A DNA stretch of 64,000 nt, from positions 96,001 through 160,000 of the forward strand of contig CAVRUC010000005.1 in the NCBI GenBank assembly GCA_963724295.1. Reading direction: 5' to 3'. A model generated the notes under the pieces. It was not told the DNA's origin. It saw only the letters and a program-made list of their open reading frames with translations, and ran no database searches. Positions 39,328-48,605 of this stretch are shown here, piece by piece. Origin of the DNA: an uncultured Chloroflexia bacterium. Lineage in GTDB: Bacteria; Chloroflexota; Chloroflexia; Thermomicrobiales; UBA6265. A program made the position numbers and the translations under genes. Each line of letters begins with the position of its first letter. Position 1 is the stretch's first letter.

Positions 39328-39415
39328 CTTGCTGCACCTGAGTATAATGCGCGCGGGAGAGGTTCCGGCGTGCGCGGGTGACTGCTGTGCGCCGGTAGGG
39401 GTTCTGGGGGAGAAG

Positions 39416-40612
39416 ATGGGGAACGGGCTGCGGGCGCGCGCCGGATACCGGCGTGCGTGGGGTCTACGACCGGTCGCCGTGACCGCGATCGTCTTGATGC
39501 TGGCGACGATTCTCACCCCAGTTCCGGCGTCGGCCCAAGAATGGTCCGCCCCACGAACGGTCTATGTTCCCAGCACCGGACACACAACTGACGGGCTGTT
39601 CCTCGACCTCTGGCGGGCTGAGCCGGCTCTGCTTGGTGATCCCGTCACCGAAGAGGTCCGAGGGCGAACCGATTTCACCGACACCGGAGATGCTGGCGTC
39701 ATCCAATATTACGAGAACGTCGCGCTGGTCTACCTTCCTGACGAGGAACCCGGGAATCAGGTCCAGCTGGTCGACCTGGGACGCCAGGTGCTCGAAGAGG
39801 CCAAGTCGGCCGGCACCTCACAGGCGCTGCAGCGAGCGCTCGAGCGCTCGGTATGTGCTCCGGCAAGCGCCGGCGGCTGTGTCAATGTCGTGGCATCCGG
39901 TCACACGGTGCGCGGTCCGTTCCTTGAGCGGTGGCAAACCGGTGATTCGGCCAGATGGCTTGGGCTCCCACTCACTGAGTCGTTCATCGCACCCGACGGA
40001 ACCCGCATCCAGTACTTCGAGAAGGGCATCTTGCGCCAAACCGCGGCAGCGGAAGTCGAGCCGCTGCCGCTCGGCAGTATCGCGGCGAAACGAGCCAAAC
40101 TGGACGTCGAACCGATTGAACGGCCCCAGGACGTCCCCGTTTACGACGAGGAACTCTTCATCCCTCCGCCGGATGCAACACCAGTCGACACGGGGATTCC
40201 GGATTGGGGATTTGGACCCGGGCCGCAGCAAGGCGCCTGGAAAGAGGTCGTCGTCTCCATCTCGGCTCAAATGATGTGGGCATACGAAGACGGCGCGGTG
40301 GTGATGTCATCCCTCGTCAGTACCGGCACAGCCGAGGTACCCGAGACGACCACACCGGTTGGGTACCACTCCGTCCTCGCCAAGTTCGACGCGCAGACCA
40401 TGGAAGGCACCATCAGCGGCGAGTACTACCGCGTCGAAGCCGTTCCCTACGTCATGTACTTCGACAACAACGGAAACGCGATCCACGGAACTTATTGGCA
40501 CTCGAACTTCGGCGCGCCGATGAGTCATGGCTGCGTCAACTTGCCAATGGACATCGCGGCGTGGATGTACGGCTGGGCAGAACTGGGAACCGCGGTCAGC
40601 GTGATCTCGTAG
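39416..40612 (+). CDS. Secreted L,D-transpeptidase (YkuD domain) with two N-terminal TGH/LGxPxT repeats
   Basis: Signal peptide ending ASA-Q; repeats TGHT..G.FL..W...LG.P.TE...IQY.E; catalytic AIHGTYWH...SHGCVN. Confidence 0.9.
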   Translation: MGNGLRARAGYRRAWGLRPVAVTAIVLMLATILTPVPASAQEWSAPRTVYVPSTGHTTDGLFLDLWRAEPALLGDPVTEEVRGRTDFTDTGDAGVIQYYENVALVYLPDEEPGNQVQLVDLGRQVLEEAKSAGTSQALQRALERSVCAPASAGGCVNVVASGHTVRGPFLERWQTGDSARWLGLPLTESFIAPDGTRIQYFEKGILRQTAAAEVEPLPLGSIAAKRAKLDVEPIERPQDVPVYDEELFIPPPDATPVDTGIPDWGFGPGPQQGAWKEVVVSISAQMMWAYEDGAVVMSSLVSTGTAEVPETTTPVGYHSVLAKFDAQTMEGTISGEYYRVEAVPYVMYFDNNGNAIHGTYWHSNFGAPMSHGCVNLPMDIAAWMYGWAELGTAVSVIS

Positions 40613-40640
40613 GACCAGGCAATCCGCTTTTCATTTCGGA

Positions 40641-40669
40641 TTGACAATGGATCGCTGCTCGGCTAGCTT
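40641..40669 (+). promoter_or_regulatory. Putative sigma70 promoter of the first peptide SBP gene
   Basis: TTGACA-17 nt-TAGCTT. Confidence 0.65.
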
Positions 40670-40727
40670 GCATGTCCCCTGGGACAGTGCGCGTTCCAGG
40701 AGCGTGAATTGCGACTGGAGGGAGCTC

Positions 40728-42411
40728 ATGCCCCGCGTGTCTCACTACTGGGTGAAGCTCGCCGCGATTGTGGCGGTCTTGGCACTCATAGTTCCATTGC
40801 TCACGACCGGAATCTCCGCTCAAGAGGGCGGCAAGGTCTTACGGGTCCACCAGGACACCTACCCTGACGTCGTCGATCCGCAGAAAAGCTCCTTCGCCAT
40901 CGAGATCGCGGTGCTCGCTCTTCCCTACGAGGGACTCACCCGTCTTGACACCAACCAGGAAACCGTACCGGCTGCCGCCGAATCCTGGGAATATAATGAG
41001 GACGCCACTCAAATCACCTTCCATCTCCGCCCCGACCTCAAGTACAGCGATGGGTCCCCGCTGACCGCTGAAAACTTCCGTTACGCCGTGGAACGAACGT
41101 GCGACCCGGTTACGGCAGGCGAATATCAGTCGATTCTCTTCGAGATCGTCGGCTGCGCCGAGTTCGCCGGACTCTCTGCTGACGAGGCGGGCGAGCCCGT
41201 CGAATACACGCCGGAGGAGTACGAGGCGGCAAGGGCCGCACTCGGCGCCAGGGCTGTTGACGACCAGACGCTCCAGCTCGACCTGACCAACCCCGCGCCC
41301 TACTATCACACCCTCGCCTACACCTGGGTCTTCTACCCGGTCAAGAAGGAGATGGTGGACAAAGATCCGGACAACTGGTGGAAGTCGGCCGAAAATCACA
41401 TCGGCAACGGCCCGTTCAAGGTCACCGGCATCGACGAGGACCAGCGGTGGACGTTCGAGGCCAACGACAACTACTGGCAGGGGCGGCCGCTGCTCGATGG
41501 CATTGAGTTCGTCTACATCGAGGATGCCACGGTAGCTCTCGAGGCGTACCGCGCTGGCGACCTCGACATGGCCACGATCGAGGCGCCGCAGATCCCCGAG
41601 GTTCAGGCGGACCAGGAGCTGTCCGAACAGTTTGTCAGCTATCCGCTTGCCGCGACATACAACCTGGCCATGAACCTTACCCAGGAGCCCTTCACCGATA
41701 AGAAGGTCCGTGAGGCGTTTGCTTACGCAATGGACCGCGAAACGCTGTGCAGCTGAGATCCGCTCCGGCAACTGCGTCCCGACACTCACCTGGATCCCGC
41801 CAGGCATCGCTGGAGCCGTCGAAACCGACAAGTACGGCTTCGACCCGGAGGCGGCTGTCCAGGCCCTCGCCGAATCCTCGTACGGCGGACCTGAGGGACT
41901 GCCTGAGATCACCATCGTCTACAACAGTGACATTTCCGGCCGAGCCGAAGAGGTGGAGTGGATTGCGGGGGAGATTCGCGACATTCTCGGCGTCGAGCTT
42001 ACGATCGAGCCTGTTGACGGCACGACACAGATCGCACTCCGCAAGGATGTCACAACCCATCCCCAACTCCTGTATTTCGGGGGCTGGATCCAGGATTACC
42101 CCGATCCTCAAAACTGGCTCAGCGTCTTTTGGACCTGCGACGCAACCTTCGCCCAGCGCGTGGGGTACTGCAACGAGGAGTTCGACGCGCTTACCGATCA
42201 GGGCGACACCACGATCGACCCCGACGAGCGCATTACCTTCTACGAGCAGGCCGGTCAGATTCTGATCGACGATGTACCCGGTCCGTTCCTCTTCAACGAC
42301 ATTGGCAACTTCGTCGTCAAGCCGAACGTCACGGGGTACACGCCAACCGCCACCGAAGTGCAGTGGCCCGGCCAAATGTCTTCCCTGATGACGCTCGACA
42401 AGACGGAATAA
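40728..42411 (+). CDS. Peptide ABC transporter substrate-binding protein (OppA-like, family 5), paralog 1; apparent frameshift near 41748
   Basis: YEGLTR, PAAAESWE, TFHLR...YSDG.PLTA, GNGPF, VREAFAYA.DR and W.QDYPDP motifs; ORFs 40641..41756 and 41710..42411 join. Confidence 0.92.
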
Positions 42412-42431
42412 CCGCACCGGCATGATGACGT

Positions 42432-42458
42432 GGGGCGCCCTGATAATCAGGGCGCCCC
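42432..42458 (+). terminator. Intrinsic terminator hairpin
   Basis: GGGGCGCCCTGAT-A-ATCAGGGCGCCCC followed by GTTCATTTCT. Confidence 0.8.
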
Positions 42459-42495
42459 GTTCATTTCTGGTGCTTGGTCGCGAGATTCCCGTCAA

Positions 42496-42524
42496 TTGAC
42501 GTGATTCCGGCACTTCGGTACGGT
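42496..42524 (+). promoter_or_regulatory. Putative sigma70 promoter of the second peptide SBP gene
   Basis: TTGACG-17 nt-TACGGT. Confidence 0.55.
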
Positions 42525-42585
42525 TCCTGCGAACAACAGCGCGTAACTCGATCGGGCTCTTTGGTCGGGACAGAGGAGAGAACCG

Positions 42586-44265
42586 ATGCATTCACCGACG
42601 AAGGCATGGAACCGGCTATTAGCGTTAGCGGTCGCGCTTGCCTTGATGGTTCCGGCGCTGACTACACTGGCCGCCCAGGACGAAGGTAAGATCCTGAGCG
42701 TCCACCACCAGGTCTACCCTGACGTAGTCGACCCCCAGAAGAGCTCCTTCTCTAACGAGATCGACATCCTGGCCCTGGCCTACGAAGGTCTGACGCGGTT
42801 TGACACGGAGCTGCAGACTGTCCCCGCCGCCGCTGAGTCGTGGGAGTACAACGACGATGCCACCCAGATCACGTTTCACTTGCGGGAGGGGCTCACGTAC
42901 AGCGATGGCACGCCACTAACCGCGGAAAATTTCCGTTTCGCGGTCGAGCGGACCTGCGATCCCGTCACCGCGGGAGAGTACCAGGGCATCCTCTTTGAAA
43001 TTGCTGGCTGCGCAGACTTTGCCGGGCTTGCCCTCGACGAGGAGGGGAATACCCGAGAGTACACCCCCGAGGAGTACGACGAGGCTCGGGCCGCACTGGG
43101 GGTTACTGCCGCTGACGACCGGACTCTGCAGATCGATCTGGCGAATCCGGCACCGTACTTCCACACCGTCGCGGCACTCTGGGTTTTCTATCCAGTCAAA
43201 CAGGAGATCGTGCAGGAAGACCCGGACAACTGGTGGCAGAGCGCGGAGAACCACATCGGCAACGGACCCTTCACCATCACCGGCATCGATGAGGAGCAGC
43301 GTTGGACATTCGCCGCTAACGAGAATTACTGGGAGGGCCGACCCAAGCTCGACGGAATCGAATATCGCTACGTCGAGGACTCGGCGGTCGCGCTCGAGGC
43401 ATTCCGCGCGGGTGATCTTGATATCGTCCACCTGGAACCGCCGCAGATCCCCGAGGTGCAAACGGATCCCGAGCTTTCCGAGCAATTCCTCTCCTACCCG
43501 ACCGCCTCGACCTACCAGATGGAGATGAACCTCAACCTGGAGCCCTTCAATGATCTCAAGGTGCGCGAGGCGTTCGCCTACGCGTTCGACCGCGAGACCT
43601 ACTGCGCGGAAGTTCGCTCCGGAGACTGTACGCCTGCTCTCTCCTGGATCCCGGAGGGCATTCCGGGGGCGATCGAAACTGACAAGTTCGCCTTCGATCC
43701 GGAGGCGGCGCAGCAGGCTTTGGCCGAGTCCTCCTATGGAGGCGCGGAAAACCTGCCGCCCATCGAGGTCTATTACAACAGCGAGCGCTCCGGCGCCACG
43801 GAGCGAGCCGAGTGGATGGCTGGGCAGTTCCGCGACATCCTGGGCATCGAGCTTCAGCTCAGGCCCACAGACGGCACGACCTTGACCTCCCTCACGAAGG
43901 ACAATGCCAGCCACCCACAAATGACGATTTTCGGTGGATGGATCCAGGACTATCCAGACCCGCAGAACTGGCTCAGCGTCTTCTGGACGTGTGACTCGAC
44001 CTTCGCCCAGAACCGGGGCTACTGCAACGAAGAGTTTGATCGGCTAACGGAGCTGGGCGACACCACCGTCGACCCTGAAGAGCGCATCTCGTATTACGAG
44101 CAGGCTGGTGAGATCCTGGTCAATGACCAGCCCGGTCCCTTCATCTTCCACATCGCCGCGGTCTTCGTCGTCAGCCCCGACGTCACTGGTTACACGGCGA
44201 CGGCCGCCGAATCGGAATGGCCCGGCCAGTTCTCGTCGTTGATGACCATCGACAAGACGGGCTAG
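42586..44265 (+). CDS. Peptide ABC transporter substrate-binding protein (OppA-like), paralog 2
   Basis: Same motifs as paralog 1 with long identical peptide blocks; AGGAG SD. Confidence 0.95.
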   Translation: MHSPTKAWNRLLALAVALALMVPALTTLAAQDEGKILSVHHQVYPDVVDPQKSSFSNEIDILALAYEGLTRFDTELQTVPAAAESWEYNDDATQITFHLREGLTYSDGTPLTAENFRFAVERTCDPVTAGEYQGILFEIAGCADFAGLALDEEGNTREYTPEEYDEARAALGVTAADDRTLQIDLANPAPYFHTVAALWVFYPVKQEIVQEDPDNWWQSAENHIGNGPFTITGIDEEQRWTFAANENYWEGRPKLDGIEYRYVEDSAVALEAFRAGDLDIVHLEPPQIPEVQTDPELSEQFLSYPTASTYQMEMNLNLEPFNDLKVREAFAYAFDRETYCAEVRSGDCTPALSWIPEGIPGAIETDKFAFDPEAAQQALAESSYGGAENLPPIEVYYNSERSGATERAEWMAGQFRDILGIELQLRPTDGTTLTSLTKDNASHPQMTIFGGWIQDYPDPQNWLSVFWTCDSTFAQNRGYCNEEFDRLTELGDTTVDPEERISYYEQAGEILVNDQPGPFIFHIAAVFVVSPDVTGYTATAAESEWPGQFSSLMTIDKTG

Positions 44266-44274
44266 AGCGCTGAA

Positions 44275-44325
44275 GCTGGGCCCGACGGCGATCGCGAGCA
44301 TCTCGCAGTCGCCGTCGGGCCCAGC
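44275..44325. terminator. Long stem-loop between the SBP and permease genes
   Basis: GCTGGGCCCGACGGCGA...TCGCCGTCGGGCCCAGC, 17 bp perfect outer stem; no U tract. Confidence 0.7.
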
Positions 44326-44413
44326 ATCAGGACCAGGCGGCCCGAGTTAGGGCTGCAACAGACTTTATGTTATCCTCGCGCCGTGATCGACATGCTCTGA
44401 TTGAGGATCCGTG

Positions 44414-45427
44414 ATGCTGGAATACGCCTTTCGCCGAGTGCTGTGGGTCATCCCGGTGATCGTCTCCGTGGCGGCTGTCACCTTCTTCCTCATGTACCGG
44501 GCCCCTGGCGGGCCATGGGACCGGGAGAAGACGCTGCCAGCCGCGACCGTCAAGGCGCTCGACGCCAAGTTCGGTCTCAACAAGCCGCTTTGGGTCAATC
44601 CCGAGGCGGTCAATCTTGCCGTCTCCGAGGGCGTCAGGAATCCGCTTGCGCTCGGCGCGGCGTTCATCGACAGCCGGTTTCTGAACTACATGACCGGCGT
44701 CTTCCGCTTCGATCTCGGTCCTTCCTACGCCTCGAAGGGGGCCGAAACAGTTCAGGAGCTCATCGCGAGGAAATTTCCAGTCTCGTTGAAGCTCGGGCTC
44801 GTCGCCATCATCTTTTCGGTCAGCATCGGCGTGCCTCTGGGCGTCATCGCCGCGCTACGTCAGAACACTTGGCTCGACTATCTCAGCCTTGGCACGTCCA
44901 CCATCGGCGTCTCCGTGCCGACCTTCGTCAGCGGCCTCCTCCTGCTGCTCTTACTGAGCCGCACCTTTTCTTTCTCTCCCATCCGCGATCCCGAAGAATG
45001 GGTCGGTTTCGGACCCGCATATGTGCTCCCGGGGATCGTTCTCGGGCTCGGCACGATGGCCTACATCGCCCGCTTGACGCGAACCAGCATGCTCGAGATA
45101 AAGCGCCAGGACTACGTCCGCACCGCCCGCGCCAAGGGTTTGGCCAGCAGCAACGTGATCACCGCCCACATGCTACGAAACGCGCTGATCCCGATCGTCA
45201 CCATCCTTGGACCGGCGGCCGCTGATCTGGTCACCGGGTCGATCATTATCGAGTCGATCTTCGGCGCACCGGGGCTCGGTCGAGAATTCGTCGAGTCGAT
45301 CTCGAAACGCGACTACTCGGTGATCATGGGTACCGCGATCTTCTACGCCGTTCTTGTCGCCATCGCGAATGTCGTGGTCGATCTCTCCTACGGCTTCGTT
45401 GATCCCCGTATACGCGTCCGCCGCTAG
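44414..45427 (+). CDS. Peptide ABC transporter permease (OppB-like)
   Basis: PGGP, FGLNKPL, DLGPS, DYVRTARAKGL, HMLRNALIP, IIESIF..PGLG and RDY..DPRIR motifs. Confidence 0.93.
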   Translation: MLEYAFRRVLWVIPVIVSVAAVTFFLMYRAPGGPWDREKTLPAATVKALDAKFGLNKPLWVNPEAVNLAVSEGVRNPLALGAAFIDSRFLNYMTGVFRFDLGPSYASKGAETVQELIARKFPVSLKLGLVAIIFSVSIGVPLGVIAALRQNTWLDYLSLGTSTIGVSVPTFVSGLLLLLLLSRTFSFSPIRDPEEWVGFGPAYVLPGIVLGLGTMAYIARLTRTSMLEIKRQDYVRTARAKGLASSNVITAHMLRNALIPIVTILGPAAADLVTGSIIIESIFGAPGLGREFVESISKRDYSVIMGTAIFYAVLVAIANVVVDLSYGFVDPRIRVRR

Positions 45428-45441
45428 GAGAAGGGGGTCGT

Positions 45442-46449
45442 ATGTCACAAATTGCCATCACCCTCGCCCAGGATGCCCCGCCCGAGACCCTGCCCGGGAC
45501 TCTTGGCGCCCTGCGAGCGCCGAGGAGCCTGTGGTCGAACGCCTGGCGTCAGTTCCGGCGCAACAAGTTGGCGATGGTGGGAATGGCCTGCCTGATCTTC
45601 CTTGCCGTGGTCGCAATCTTCGCTCCGCTCATCGCCCCGCACAATCCGGTGCAGAGCGATCTACGCACGGCCGGAAAGTTCCGCCAGGCCGCTTGGATCG
45701 AGACGGGCAATCCCAAGACAACGGGAGACTGGAGTTATCCGCTCGGCACCGACGGCAATGGCCGTGACGTCTTCAGTCGTCTGGTTTACGGCACTCGCAT
45801 CTCGCTCGTCGTGGGCTTCATTCCAATGGCCGTCATCATGTTCATCGGGATTCCGATCGGCTTGGCCGCGGGATACGTCGGAGGAGCGCTCGATAACCTC
45901 TTGATGCGGTTCACCGACATCGTCTATTCGTTTCCGGCGCTCCTCTTTTTTATCATCATGCAGATATCGTTCGGTGACACCGAAATCGGGCAACTGCTCA
46001 ACGGTCTGGTTCTGCTCTTCATCACGCTGTCGATCATCAACTGGACCGGCGTCGCCCGGCTTGTTCGCGGCGATACGCTCGCCCTGAAGGAGAAGGAATA
46101 CGTCGAGGCGGCGAGAGCCAGCGGCGCCTCTGCCTGGCGGCAGATCAGTCGCCACATTCTCCCCAATGCTCTGGGCTCGATCATTGTCGCCGGTGCCTTC
46201 ATCGTTCCCGGCGCGATCATCGCGGAAGCGGTGCTCACCTATCTCGGGATCGGCTTGAGACCGGATGTCAATCTGGACGCACCCTTCCCGACCTCATGGG
46301 GACAGATGATCCAATCAGGACAGACCGCCTATCGCAACCAACCGTGGCTGCTGATCGCGCCGAGTGTCGCCGTCGCCTTGATCACGCTCTCGTTCACGTT
46401 CGTCGGCGACGGTCTGCGCGACGCCCTCGACCCACGCGATCAGATCTGA
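45442..46449 (+). CDS. Peptide ABC transporter permease (OppC-like)
   Basis: AW.QFRRNKLA, LGTD..GRD.FSR..YG.RISL, EYVEAARA.GA, HILPN and GDGLRDALDPR motifs. Confidence 0.93.
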   Translation: MSQIAITLAQDAPPETLPGTLGALRAPRSLWSNAWRQFRRNKLAMVGMACLIFLAVVAIFAPLIAPHNPVQSDLRTAGKFRQAAWIETGNPKTTGDWSYPLGTDGNGRDVFSRLVYGTRISLVVGFIPMAVIMFIGIPIGLAAGYVGGALDNLLMRFTDIVYSFPALLFFIIMQISFGDTEIGQLLNGLVLLFITLSIINWTGVARLVRGDTLALKEKEYVEAARASGASAWRQISRHILPNALGSIIVAGAFIVPGAIIAEAVLTYLGIGLRPDVNLDAPFPTSWGQMIQSGQTAYRNQPWLLIAPSVAVALITLSFTFVGDGLRDALDPRDQI

Positions 46450-46557
46450 CACCGAGCTCGCAACATCCGGCTTGGCGTCAGGCACATCTGGCGCCTTCCG
46501 GGAATCTGTTCCTTGCCTGGCTTCAACGCGTAATCACGACGGAACCTTCGCACCGCC

Positions 46558-47484
46558 ATGAACAGGATTGACCGCCTCTTCAGCATCACGACGCGGCTCC
46601 AGGCGAGAGGTCACCTCCGGGCCGCTGACCTCGCAAACATCTACGAGGTCAGCATCCGCACCATCTATCGCGACATCGCCGCGCTGAGCGAGTCGGGCGT
46701 GCCGATCGTCTCGCTACCCGGTCGCGGATATTCGCTCGTCGATGGCTACTTCTTACCCCCTCTCCTCCTCTCGTCACGCGAAGCAACGGCATTAGTGCTT
46801 GGCGCGCGTTTGGTGGCCGGTCAAGCAAGCGCCGAGATCGCCACTGCGGCCGAAGAATCCGTCGCCAAGATCCTGGCCGTCATGAGCGACGACGCTCGCC
46901 GCGATTTGCGGGAGCTGGACGACGTGCTCGACCTGGCCACGTCTCCCGAGTTCAGGTCGCGACTCGATGTCGGAAACGAGCGGGTGCGAGCACTCTGGCA
47001 AGCGATTCTGGAGCGCCGCGTTACGACACTCCATTACTTCGGGAGAAATCGGGACCAGGAGACTATCCGCGAGGTCGAGCCGCGCCGGCTCGGGTATGCG
47101 AACGGCGCGTGGTACCTGACCGCCTACTGTCGAGACCGTCAGGGCGAGCGCGCCTTTCGTCTGGACCGGATCGAGCGCCTCAACGTGCAAACCGAAAGGT
47201 TTCGCGCTCGACCAACAATTCCGACCCAGCAGGCTCCGGCCATCGACGTGATCGTGCGTTTCCGCGATGACGTCAGCCGGTGGGTGCGAGAGCGACAACA
47301 CTGGTCGTTCGTCGCCGAGGAAGGAGCCGAAGACGAGCTTGTGGCTCGCTACCGTCCCGGCTCCCTCGATGAGATCGCGCCCTGGCTGCTTGGCTGGGGC
47401 ACAGCCGCTGAGGTGCTTGCGCCGCGCGAGCTACGCGACCAGCTTCGACGGGAAGCTCAGGGCCTGATCGAGATGCTGACATAG
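46558..47484 (+). CDS. YafY-family HTH-WYL transcriptional regulator
   Basis: MNRIDRL..I, LA..YEVS.RTIYRDI..L...GVPI...PG.GY, R.VEP, WYL.AYC..R...R.FRLDRI, and a WCX-type LL.WG...EVL.P.ELR tail. Confidence 0.95.
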   Translation: MNRIDRLFSITTRLQARGHLRAADLANIYEVSIRTIYRDIAALSESGVPIVSLPGRGYSLVDGYFLPPLLLSSREATALVLGARLVAGQASAEIATAAEESVAKILAVMSDDARRDLRELDDVLDLATSPEFRSRLDVGNERVRALWQAILERRVTTLHYFGRNRDQETIREVEPRRLGYANGAWYLTAYCRDRQGERAFRLDRIERLNVQTERFRARPTIPTQQAPAIDVIVRFRDDVSRWVRERQHWSFVAEEGAEDELVARYRPGSLDEIAPWLLGWGTAAEVLAPRELRDQLRREAQGLIEMLT

Positions 47485-47493
47485 GGCTGACAC
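47476..47493 (+). promoter_or_regulatory. Candidate WYL-regulator binding site overlapping its own stop codon
   Basis: CTGACA-TAGGG-CTGACA (11 bp period; near-palindromic TGACA-N6-TG(T/A)CA). Confidence 0.45.
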
Positions 47494-47566
47494 ATCGCTC
47501 TGCTTCACTCTCAGCAGAGACCGGGTGGACCGGTCCCAGACGCGATGAGAGGAGACGCACGCAGAG

Positions 47567-47869
47567 ATGGATGAGCAGTTCGAGATCGTCATCTACCGAC
47601 TCAAGCCGGACGTGAATCGGGACCAGTTCATGGAGATATCCGACCAGGCCACGGGATGGCTCCGCAATCGCCCCGGCTACTTGGGTCGTGAGCTCCTGGA
47701 AGATGACAGCGGCCAGTGGGTCGATTTGGTCCGTTGGGCGACAATGGAGGACGCGCTCGCGGCGGCCAGCGCCTTCATGGAGGTTCCCCAGGCGACGGCA
47801 TTCATGGCCGCAATCGAGCCGAAAACCATTACCATGCTGCACCCGCGTCGCGTCGTCAGGTACGAATAA
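47567..47869 (+). CDS. Small dimeric alpha/beta-barrel (antibiotic biosynthesis monooxygenase-like) protein
   Basis: EIVIYRLKP, PGYLGRELL, WVDLVRW.TMEDA.AA pattern; GAGGAG SD. Confidence 0.8.
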   Translation: MDEQFEIVIYRLKPDVNRDQFMEISDQATGWLRNRPGYLGRELLEDDSGQWVDLVRWATMEDALAAASAFMEVPQATAFMAAIEPKTITMLHPRRVVRYE

Positions 47870-47969
47870 CCGCGACCCCCGCTTGACCTGGCAGGGCCGA
47901 GGAATGAAGAGCAGACCGGTGGGGGAACGCGCGGTGAGATCAAGCCATGACCCGGGGCCGGCAACAGAT

Positions 47970-48596
47970 ATGGTGGATGACGTGGACGTGACAAGCGATC
48001 AACCTTTGGAGGCGAGGCACTCCGCGGATGGCGTGTTCCGTTGCGAGTGGACAGGAACCGATCCGTTGATGGTTGCCTATCACGACGACGAGTGGGGTGT
48101 TCCCTGCCATGACGACCGCGATCTATTCGAACGCCTCATTCTGGAGGGGTTCCAGGCGGGACTCTCTTGGTCGACAATCCTGCGCAAGCGCCAGGCGTTC
48201 ATCCGGGCGTTCGACGGTTTCGAGCCGGCGATCGTCGCTGCCTATGGACCCGACGACGTCGCCCGCCTGTTGAGTGACGTCGGAATCGTCCGCAACCGGC
48301 TCAAGGTGGCGGCGGCGATATCGAACGCTCAGGCGTTCCTCGAGACGAAGGAGGCTTTCGGCTCGTTCGACGCCTACGTCTGGCAGTTTGCGCCGGCTGG
48401 AGGCAAGCAGCGGCCGCGGAGCCTGGCGGAGATTCCGGCCACGACCGCGGAATCCGACGCCATGAGCAAGGATCTGAAGCGCCGCGGGTTCCGCTTCGTG
48501 GGCAGCACCATCTGCTATGCGTTCATGCAGAGCGCCGGTCTCGTCGACGACCATGTCAAGGGCTGCTTTCGAGCCACGTCACCCCCGGACACCTAG
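47970..48596 (+). CDS. tag: DNA-3-methyladenine glycosylase I
   Basis: RCEW, YHDDEWGVP, LEGFQAGLSW.TILRKR, GIVRNRLK and SKDLK.RGFRFVG.TICYAFMQS.GLVDDH...C motifs. Confidence 0.96.
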   Translation: MVDDVDVTSDQPLEARHSADGVFRCEWTGTDPLMVAYHDDEWGVPCHDDRDLFERLILEGFQAGLSWSTILRKRQAFIRAFDGFEPAIVAAYGPDDVARLLSDVGIVRNRLKVAAAISNAQAFLETKEAFGSFDAYVWQFAPAGGKQRPRSLAEIPATTAESDAMSKDLKRRGFRFVGSTICYAFMQSAGLVDDHVKGCFRATSPPDT

Positions 48597-48605
48597 GCTG
48601 CTGGC

